NCBI GenBank assembly: GCA_963693055.1
Contig: OY843751.1
Location: forward strand, 2,976,001 to 3,040,000
Length of the DNA: 64,000 nucleotides
From: a bacterium
Lineage (GTDB): Bacteria; Zhuqueibacterota; Zhuqueibacteria; Residuimicrobiales; Krinioviventaceae
Reading direction: 5' to 3'
Part shown: in pieces, positions 47,477 through 56,300 of the stretch
Layout: each line of letters opens with the position of its first letter
Position numbering within the stretch: position 1 is the first letter of the stretch
Notes under the pieces: generated by a model
Databases searched by the model: none
What the model saw: the letters and a program-made list of their open reading frames with translations, nothing else
What the model was told of the DNA's origin: nothing
Program-made: the position numbers and the translations under genes

Positions 47477-48034
47477 TTTAGAATAATTATAATAATATTC
47501 ACCCATATATACAGTAGCAGTTTCCCCTTCTTTGGCAATAACATCACTTTCATATATGGTTTGAATTTCACCGTGGCCTATAATTCCCAAAAATATATAA
47601 TTTAAACCAATAACTCCTGCAACAACTCCCTTTGCCTGAGTTTCTTCTAAAGATAAATTGCTGTTAGCAACAACACGAAAATGATCTTTGAACAATTTTT
47701 CATATTCACCCCATTGATCAAATTCCGATGTCCAGTTTTGTTGTGCTTTTTTATAATCCTGATAGTCTTGAGAATCAAAATATTGTTGTGACGAATCGTA
47801 AATTGAAAAATCAAGAATCATAACTTTGACTTCTTCAACAGATTCTGCTTTTAAAATATGTTGAATATTTTCATTAATACCCGAATCCGGGGATAAAATC
47901 AAACGGGGCAGCTTGCTGCTTTCCGAACTGGTAAATTTAAATAAAAGTTGAGTAGTATCATCAGGAGAATTGGGCTGCTCGTTACATGACAATAGCATTC
48001 CCAGAGCAAAAATCATGAATAAAAATTTCTTCAT
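47474..48034 (-). CDS. Hypothetical lipoprotein
   Basis: MKK..GMLLSC lipobox; GGAGGA RBS at 48038-48043. Confidence 0.7.
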   Translation of the reverse strand: MKKFLFMIFALGMLLSCNEQPNSPDDTTQLLFKFTSSESSKLPRLILSPDSGINENIQHILKAESVEEVKVMILDFSIYDSSQQYFDSQDYQDYKKAQQNWTSEFDQWGEYEKLFKDHFRVVANSNLSLEETQAKGVVAGVIGLNYIFLGIIGHGEIQTIYESDVIAKEGETATVYMGEYYYNYSK

Positions 48035-48050
48035 ATATCCTCCAATATCA

Positions 48051-49163
48051 TTATTGGAAATAATAGCGAACACCGCCATTAAGCTTAATACCGGTTAATC
48101 CTGTGCTTTCATCAGTATTTTTTATATTACCAAAATAAAACCGGGCTCCCCCATCAAAAACAAGATTCTTTCCTAATGGATGTTGATAACCGCCTCCAAA
48201 TCCAAACAAGGTTGCTCCACCAGTGTCCCATTCGTTATTGCCATACAATTTCACATCAAACAAGGCAGAATATCGAACATTGTTCTTGGGTGGAAACAAC
48301 AATTGGCCCATTATTTCAAATTCATTTCCATTGCTGTTTTTCCGTTCTTCTTTAAAAACATCTCCAACACCGGTTTTATTTTTCCCTTTAATTTTTTCTC
48401 TCACAAAAAGTATCATGTCAAAAGAATTCATTGGGGCCCTCAATGTTCCCTGCAACATGAATCGATTACCACTTTTAAAAATATCTTGATCATTTCCCTG
48501 ATCACTGCCATAAAGGGTATAGACTAGATCAGCAGTAATACGCATATCCCGATTCATTAATGTAACATTTCGTTCTAGCCCACCTGTTATGGTAAACTCG
48601 TTACCTGGTTGATAATCATATTCAAAGTCGTCAAAGGGCTCAAAATTATCTTTCATTAAATAACTGACACCCGCACCCAAAACATATTCTCCATATTCGT
48701 AAGCGGTTGCAATTCCAAGATTAATGTCTCGTCCCTGGCCAAGATATGGAACACGAAAATTCATTGCCCTCACAGACAATGCGTTAGCCACATTATATTC
48801 CTCAACAGTTAACGCATTTTTACCCGATGGAAGAACCATTCCAAATGTAAACAAGTAGCGTTCGTCTTTAGTTAGATAATGTCCGCGTAACCTAATGTCA
48901 GACATACCATTCAAAGAATGGCTATCCCCGGAATTGAAAGAGGAAAATGCGGGAGATGTAATAACATCAATCCTTGATCTTGGATTTATGGGATAAACAA
49001 ACGTAATGGGTAAAGCAAATTGAGTAATACGATCTGATTTGGCATTCCAGGTTTCAAAAGACAATCCTGCAATTGTATTCATTTGTCCCTGCAAGCGTGG
49101 AGTATATGATTGTCCAAAAGCCATATTGAAAACAACAATTAAAAGAATTATAACCTTTTTCAT
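48051..49163 (-). CDS. Outer-membrane beta-barrel protein of unknown function
   Basis: Signal peptide; alternating amphipathic strands; C-terminal beta-signal-like GGVRYYFQ. Confidence 0.7.
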   Translation of the reverse strand: MKKVIILLIVVFNMAFGQSYTPRLQGQMNTIAGLSFETWNAKSDRITQFALPITFVYPINPRSRIDVITSPAFSSFNSGDSHSLNGMSDIRLRGHYLTKDERYLFTFGMVLPSGKNALTVEEYNVANALSVRAMNFRVPYLGQGRDINLGIATAYEYGEYVLGAGVSYLMKDNFEPFDDFEYDYQPGNEFTITGGLERNVTLMNRDMRITADLVYTLYGSDQGNDQDIFKSGNRFMLQGTLRAPMNSFDMILFVREKIKGKNKTGVGDVFKEERKNSNGNEFEIMGQLLFPPKNNVRYSALFDVKLYGNNEWDTGGATLFGFGGGYQHPLGKNLVFDGGARFYFGNIKNTDESTGLTGIKLNGGVRYYFQ

Positions 49164-49182
49164 TCAAGTCTCCACATACAGG

Positions 49183-50670
49183 TTAATGGATTGGTACAAT
49201 AATTTCTATATTTGCAGTGTTGCCAAAAGTTGGCTGGTTTTGTTCCTGCACAGGCTCACGTGATTCAACGCCGGGAATAAAACCAATATCAATAATAATC
49301 TGTGTATTCTGCATTCGATCCAGCAAAGTAGGTTCTTCAATACCACCTGAATATTCAGCAGTACTTTCGCCCACAACTGTTGCATCCATAGATCTCTCAC
49401 TTGCTGTTGATGGTGAACTGTCTGCCACAGATACGGTCTCATCAGTTTCAGATGCTTCCTCGGTTGTTTCTGCCGATTCAGTTGTAGCAAATGCACTGGA
49501 CTCTGCAGGTTTAGAGGATACATCCTGAAACTGGGTTTCTGCGACCTGTATAAGATTTTCAATTGGACTAATGGGCACATTTAAATCCTGCATTATGGAT
49601 AGTTGTTCCTGAGCCATATCAAATTCAGGATCTTGTTGCAGTGCTGTTTCAAATTCCTGTTCTGCCTGTTCATACATTCCCTGATCACTGTAATCTATGG
49701 CCTTACAATACGCCATAAAAGCAAGCATACTTTCGGTAGGAACTTTACGTATGTTATCAATTTCTTCCTGATTGAGTTGAATGCCCATTTTATTAATCAC
49801 ACTGAAAACAAGGTTTTTTTCCAGTTTAAAAAAACTTTCCAGATTACCAATCACATCCTGGGTATTAAAATCCCCGGTTCGGGTTTGGGTAATGCCGGCA
49901 TCAATACGAAATTGTTCATCCGCAAGATCAATAAAAGCACCGTTTACTATTTCAGATGCGCCTAACAATTTCCCTACACGTGGAGCAGATTGTGCGTCAA
50001 CCAGCCCTGTTGTACCGAGTCCAATTTCCTCAAGTAATTGCTGCATTCTCAAACGTTCAACAACCGTTAAAGCATTTGCCTTTGACAGGTCTGTGATCAT
50101 CATTTCAGCAATACCTTTTTGCAAAGGAGTTAATGCTGAATCTGAACCCATGTATTTAAAATAAACAACAGCAATAGTTTTATCTTTAATGTGTATAGTA
50201 TCCAGATTTGCTTCGTTTTGAATAGTATAAGCAACATCTTGACTAATTTGTTTTCGGGTAAGCTTTTCGAGACGCTTTTTCAAGTCGTCTCTGAGAGAAG
50301 AGTTTGGATCAACAATATTGAACTTGCGATAAGCGTCAATTGCATTATCAAGATTATTATTGATCTCATAAGCAGCGCCAAGATAGAACAAGGATTTGCC
50401 ATCATCAGGTTCCTTTTTTAATACCTGATTAAATGCTTCTATAGATTTTTCAAATTCAAGGTTTTGAAAATAAGCAAGTCCCAGATCCCTCAAAATAGCC
50501 GTATTTTCAGGATCCTCTTCAAGCGCAGAGTTTAAATAAGAAATTGCTTCAGTAAAATTATCGCTGCTTAGTTCTTTTTGCCCGAGTTGGTGATTAGATG
50601 ATGTGGTAGCACAATTTGCAAAAAAAAGAAAAATAACGATGATTCCTATACCCCAAAAACGGAACTTCAT
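49183..50670 (-). CDS. TPR lipoprotein with CsgG/FlgO/TolB_N-like domain
   Basis: Lipobox FFANC; TPRs; TIAVVYF..GIAEMMITDLS...VVERLRMQQLLEE...APRVGKLLGA; Ser/Thr/Glu-rich linker. Confidence 0.8.
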   Translation of the reverse strand: MKFRFWGIGIIVIFLFFANCATTSSNHQLGQKELSSDNFTEAISYLNSALEEDPENTAILRDLGLAYFQNLEFEKSIEAFNQVLKKEPDDGKSLFYLGAAYEINNNLDNAIDAYRKFNIVDPNSSLRDDLKKRLEKLTRKQISQDVAYTIQNEANLDTIHIKDKTIAVVYFKYMGSDSALTPLQKGIAEMMITDLSKANALTVVERLRMQQLLEEIGLGTTGLVDAQSAPRVGKLLGASEIVNGAFIDLADEQFRIDAGITQTRTGDFNTQDVIGNLESFFKLEKNLVFSVINKMGIQLNQEEIDNIRKVPTESMLAFMAYCKAIDYSDQGMYEQAEQEFETALQQDPEFDMAQEQLSIMQDLNVPISPIENLIQVAETQFQDVSSKPAESSAFATTESAETTEEASETDETVSVADSSPSTASERSMDATVVGESTAEYSGGIEEPTLLDRMQNTQIIIDIGFIPGVESREPVQEQNQPTFGNTANIEIIVPIH

Positions 50671-50803
50671 ATACCCTCCTTACAATATATGAATAACATT
50701 CAAAATTCGTAACAGAATTTTGTACAACTTTGTTCCGTTTTGACCAAAGAAATTTTTTAATAATTTAAAATATGGAAAAAGGATTTTAAAATTGTGACAA
50801 CAA

Positions 50804-50983
50804 TTATTTTCTAACAACAATAACCTGTTTTCTAGCGCCGTTATTAATAATCAAAGCTGCAATTGTACCGGGTACCCATCCACAGATGGTAAGTATAGTT
50901 GTAATTAAAATACTGCCGCATCCCCTGTCAAGAACAGCCAGTGGAGGAAAAACAATACATAATAAAACTCTGAAAAATCCCAT
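50804..50983 (-). CDS. YqaE/Pmp3-family small membrane protein (59 aa, absent from the ORF track)
   Basis: Translated by hand: MGFFRVLLCIVFPPLAVLDRGCGSILITTILTICGWVPGTIAALIINNGARKQVIVVRK; PPLAV and GWVPG motifs; GGAGA RBS. Confidence 0.88.
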   Translation of the reverse strand: MGFFRVLLCIVFPPLAVLDRGCGSILITTILTICGWVPGTIAALIINNGARKQVIVVRK

Positions 50984-51035
50984 AAAAAATTCTCCATCTA
51001 AATTTATTTATTATACACATTTTTTATAAATTTAT

Positions 51036-53354
51036 TCACGATGTTTTTTGAAAAACCTGAAATGTTATAGTTTCCTTAAAGCCATCCTGGTCCTGTACAG
51101 TTAATTGATGAATACCGGGATCAAGAGAAACCGGGAAATTGTGTATATCCTGTGTTTCACGCAGATACTTTCCATCAAGATACCAAAAGATACGAGAAGA
51201 AGGATTATGATGTTTCGCAGAAAAAACTATTTTTTCAAGCTTGCCATCAAAATCTCTGGGCACAAGAATCTTTATTCCACTTAAAGGGTAAATCAATTCC
51301 AAATTAGTGATATTTTGCTGAACAGGACAATTCCGTGCATGGTTGGGTATTTCATCACAATGCACCCCCTGTTTTTCCAACACTTCTTTAACAAGTGGCG
51401 GTACAACATACAAATTAACAGATGTTGTTTGTTTATTGTGCCAGCATAAAGAACAAACAGCATCACCGTTTTTTTCATCAACAATATATTGTTGATGAAA
51501 TGGACAATAACCTGGGATATAGCTGTTTTTAGGACGTTCAATCAATACCGTTTCAGAACAATCAGGTCCTGCAGGGTAACCACTCTGTTTACAGCATTCT
51601 ATTAGAACCAAATCATCCTTGGGTTTATCAAACCAGATCTCTTTTTGAGGATCAGTCAAAGCATTGAACAAATCAAACATCATGGGTGCAGCACACGAAG
51701 CGCCGCTGATTGAAGCGTTCCCTTCGCCGGTAAAATTACCAACCCACACTCCAATGGTCCATTGTTTATTTACACCAATGGCCCAACCATCTTTTTGACC
51801 ATAGCTTGTACCAGTCTTCCAGGCAACAGGCACCTGGTCATTAAAACGCTGCCAGTAATATTCAGAACCGGGACGCTGAAGATATTTAAGCGTTTCCAGG
51901 ATCTGCCACGAGCTCCCTTTGCTATAAAGTTGCAGATCACCTTCAGTTGCCTGATTATTTTTATACGTGACAGGTACATGCTTACCCATATTACCCAACT
52001 CGACATATAATTGTAGCAACTCCCACAAGCTTGCTTCTGCTCCTCCCAAAATGAGTGACAAACCATATCCATCAGGAGATCTGAACAAATGTTTGAATCC
52101 TGCTTGCTGTAAAAAGAAATAAAAGTCATTAATGCCATATTGGTTCAACAATCGCACAGCCGGCACATTCAATGATTTTACAAGCATTTCTTCGATTGTA
52201 ACCAATCCGTGAAAAGTTTTAGTTGCATTTTGTGGCGCAAATGTACCATAAAATGTGGGTACATCTTTTAAAACAGATTGGATAGTAAATGGCCCCCTAT
52301 CCAGCACATTTGCCGCAAGAAAGGGTTTTAGCAAACTACCAGTTGATCGGGAAGAAATTACACCATCAACCTGGCCTTGATTATCATTATCAAAAAAATC
52401 GTGGGAGCCCACATACGCACTAACGTTACCTGAACCGGTTTCGGCAATTAAAAGTGCAGCATTTTTTATCCCCATTGAAGATAACCAATTATAGTTAGCA
52501 TCCATCATCTGTTCAGCAATAGCTTGCACATCCAGATCGAGGGTTGTATGGATTAAATCCTGGGTTGATTCATTTTGTTTTACAAATTCGGTAAAATGAG
52601 GTGCTAGAAATGGCAGCTTTTTGGTACCAGTAGGTAGCGGTTCATCACAAGCAATCAAATAATCCGTTTTATCAATAATATTAGTATTGAATAATTTCAA
52701 GAGTAAGGTATTACGCTTATTAAAAAGTTGCTCCCTACCCTTTTCCAGATTCAATAAACCGGGTGAATTGGGCAAGACTACAAAAAGCGCAGCTTCAGCC
52801 CAGGTTAATTCAGAAAGGGGTTTATTATAGTAACAATAAGATGCTGCGGAAATACCAACAATGTTGCTTCCCATGGGCACATGCGCGGCATAATATTTTA
52901 AAATATCATTTTTAGACACATGTACAGAATAACGGAATGCCTGCGCGCATTCCAATAGTTTATTTAGCACAGTTCTTGGCTTGGGTTTGGCTAGTCGAGC
53001 AACCTGCATGGTTATTGTACTGCCACCACGTTTCACACTACCCGATTTTATATTAATAAAAGCTGCATTAACAATTGCTTTAACATCAAAACCAGGATGT
53101 CTGTAAAAACGTTTATCCTCAAAGAGTATTAATGATTTGACATATTTATCAGGAAGGACCATCTCTTCCATGGGGAAACGGTACTGCTCATCACTGCTCA
53201 AAAAAGCACGTATTAACCGATTTTCCTGATCAAAAACAAGAGTAGAGTAATCACATTGAAAGATATGTACAGGCCTGTATATCCAAATCAGGTAAATTAA
53301 AACCAGAATAAATACAGGCCCATATAAATTTAAATACTTTTTAGAGAGACTCAT
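51036..53354 (-). CDS. pbpC: Penicillin-binding protein 1C
   Basis: FEDKRF..HPG, GGSTITMQVARL transglycosylase; STGSLLKP, SLN, WKTGTSYG transpeptidase; follows the A2M gene. Confidence 0.93.
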   Translation of the reverse strand: MSLSKKYLNLYGPVFILVLIYLIWIYRPVHIFQCDYSTLVFDQENRLIRAFLSSDEQYRFPMEEMVLPDKYVKSLILFEDKRFYRHPGFDVKAIVNAAFINIKSGSVKRGGSTITMQVARLAKPKPRTVLNKLLECAQAFRYSVHVSKNDILKYYAAHVPMGSNIVGISAASYCYYNKPLSELTWAEAALFVVLPNSPGLLNLEKGREQLFNKRNTLLLKLFNTNIIDKTDYLIACDEPLPTGTKKLPFLAPHFTEFVKQNESTQDLIHTTLDLDVQAIAEQMMDANYNWLSSMGIKNAALLIAETGSGNVSAYVGSHDFFDNDNQGQVDGVISSRSTGSLLKPFLAANVLDRGPFTIQSVLKDVPTFYGTFAPQNATKTFHGLVTIEEMLVKSLNVPAVRLLNQYGINDFYFFLQQAGFKHLFRSPDGYGLSLILGGAEASLWELLQLYVELGNMGKHVPVTYKNNQATEGDLQLYSKGSSWQILETLKYLQRPGSEYYWQRFNDQVPVAWKTGTSYGQKDGWAIGVNKQWTIGVWVGNFTGEGNASISGASCAAPMMFDLFNALTDPQKEIWFDKPKDDLVLIECCKQSGYPAGPDCSETVLIERPKNSYIPGYCPFHQQYIVDEKNGDAVCSLCWHNKQTTSVNLYVVPPLVKEVLEKQGVHCDEIPNHARNCPVQQNITNLELIYPLSGIKILVPRDFDGKLEKIVFSAKHHNPSSRIFWYLDGKYLRETQDIHNFPVSLDPGIHQLTVQDQDGFKETITFQVFQKTS

Positions 53355-56300
53355 TTATTTTACAACAGTCTCATCACCGGCCAAACGAGCGTAATATTCG
53401 GGAGAATACATGGCCTCAACTACCACCGGAGGTATGCGATAGGTGCCTTTGAATGTGGGATTCAAATGGGCGGCAAAAACAACCTCTCGGTATTTGGGTA
53501 AATCAAAGAACCAATTGATACGATCATCACGTATATCCATATAATCGCCGCTGGCAGGATTATTCTTTTTTACCCACTGCGGTAATTCTTCACCATTTAC
53601 ACGATGGTTGATAATCTCCCAGCCAGCAGGAAAAATACTGCTCAATGCCAGCTCTTCAAGCGTACCAACATATTCACTTTTGACTTTATAGATTACCCAA
53701 AAAGATTTGCCCTGTTCCAGATCCTTAACAGAAATGGGATATCCCTCTTCATTGTAAAATTTACGGTCAACCAGAATCCCCTGAGTTTCTGTTCTTATGC
53801 GATCTGTTACAGGAATACCTTCAACCTGCAATGACACATAAACAGGATCACTGCTCTTTGTTGTAACGGTAATTTGTTTATTCAAAGCATTAGAAATATC
53901 TAATACCTGCTGTGCTTGCTGTAATTCTACATCTTTAAACTTTTTACCATCAACACTGACTGTAAATTTAACATCGCCACCATTTCCAGGTGTTTTTGCA
54001 TACAATTCACTTGCTGCCAGCAATACTATTGCTGTTTCCTGAGTAGAATGCCAGCTTTTTGCTGAAAAACCATCAAATACCTTTTTAAGGATGAATGAAG
54101 CTGTTTTTGTATCATCCATTTGTAAGCATAGGTATGCAATCATTGCCCGGTCACGCAAGTCAGATCCATAGGTACCACCCATCTCGCGATAGGGTTTAAT
54201 TTGCCATTGTGACTGGTCGACTTGCTTTGCCGCTTCCTTTTGACCGGCTAAATAATAGGCGGTTGCCAGGAACTTACGTGACAAAGGATCAAGATCATCA
54301 AGGTTATTCTCCCTTAACAAGTTCATGGCACCCATATCCGGTTTTTCAGCAAGAGATAACAAATACAAACGATAAGATTGGTACCGATGATTTAATATAT
54401 TTGTAGTCCTTGCCATTTGTTTAGAACTGCTAATCCAGTGATTGTAGAGATTATCCGGCACATAATATCCTTTTCGTTTTGCTAGAATCAAAAAATGTCC
54501 GGCATAACTGGTTGCCCAGTCATTATAATCATATCGATAATAGGATGAAAGTGGCCAGTAAGAGAAACCGCGTGACAACTTAAATGAAGCAAGTCGCTCT
54601 ATGGCGTTATTTACATTTTGAGTAATCATGGATTTTTGGTGATCTCTAACATTAATCAGATCATCAAGAAACAATTGTGGAAATGCGGATGATACGGTCT
54701 GTTCTAAACATCCATAGGGATATCGAATTAAATATTGCAGGCGCTCATCAACATTCAGATTCGGGATTTTTGAAAAAACAAGTTTTGCTGCATTGGTTCC
54801 TTCATAACCAAAAGGTTTGGGAGCCAAAACCAGGTCAGCACCTTTTACAAGCAAAGTATCCAGAACGTCTGTGTAATATGGATTTGGACTTGAAACAGGT
54901 AATTCTACAGTATAATCCGCGGAAAACTCTCCGGAAATTGCTTTGATTATTAACGTGTCTGCTCCTATACGATTTCCAACTTTGACCTTAAAATTAACAG
55001 CATCATCACCAATATTGGTAAAAGTTAATTTCTTTGATGCTCCATCTAATACAGTCATATTTGATGTAGTTGATAATTGAACAGTAACATCCCTTACACG
55101 TTCATCCATTGCAAAAACAGTAACAGGCAAATCAAATGTATCACCCGGGCGGCCTACACGGGGTACGGTGGGCAATACCATTAACGGTTGCTTGACAGGA
55201 ATGGTCTCTTCTAGAGATACATAGCTATTTCCACTTGTCCCTACAACCATTACTTTAACCGAACCCACATAGTTGGGCATTGTAAAAGAGGATTCAAGAG
55301 TTTCACCGGGTTTAATTTCAATGGGTTCCTGGAACAATACAACAGGTTTAAAGCGCTTCACCTGGGCTTTGTCCATTCGTTTTAAACGGGCTTCTTCCAG
55401 CATGCCTCCGCCAATAGTAAAGTACTGGTCCATATCAGGGAACAGCATACCAAAAATCTCATCAAAGTTATCCAATGTTTGAACAGCCAGCATTATTTTC
55501 TGATAAAAATAATCCCAGGGAGATGGTGTATCAAATGCAGTTATATCCAGTAATCCTTCATCAACAATAGCTATTGTTACCGATGATGTTTTTGAAGCAT
55601 TGGAATGGATCTTGACTGAAAAATCCTGTTTGGGTTCTAATGATTCAGGTACCGATAACGACAATGGCAAACGAGAATCTGCATTTTCAACGTAAATAGG
55701 TTTTACGCCATACATTCTCAAGGGCAGATCATTATCATCCTGAGTTTGCGGTTGAACTATAAATATAGAAGCATACACATTGGGTACCATTTCATCATTC
55801 AGTTCTATTTTGAATTGGGTCTGATTACCTGAAATCTCTTTCCACTCGTGATGCAAAACCTGGTTACCTTGCTCAATTGTCAGGACTGCAATACCTTTAG
55901 AAGGTGTATCAAAAGACAGTTCAGCCGTATCACCAGCTTTATAGACATTTTGATCAGAACTAATTTGCAGAAAATTCCGCTCATCTGTCTCTTGCGCTAC
56001 AACTCCCCTGCTCCATTTGCTAACATAGAAAAAGAAGCCGGTTTGATGTCCCGACTCTTCATCTGTCACTTCAATATAATGTCTTCCATAATCCTCAATT
56101 TTAATTGAATGATTAAATGGCTGATTGGTAGATGTATAAAGTTCAGTAGAAATTTTAAATGTTGAACTCGCTTTTTTGAAATTTCTTCTGTCTTCATCAT
56201 CATAGTGCCACCACCAGTGGCCCTGTCCAACAAAAGTTTCAACTTTTAATTTACGACCGGAAACAGCATTTCCTTCCTGATCTACGGCGACTATTGGGAT

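Noticed and set aside
50793-50808. Third CRP-like site upstream of the TPR-CsgG gene
   Set aside because: Only one half-site (TGTGA) matches; the second half (TTATT) is poor.
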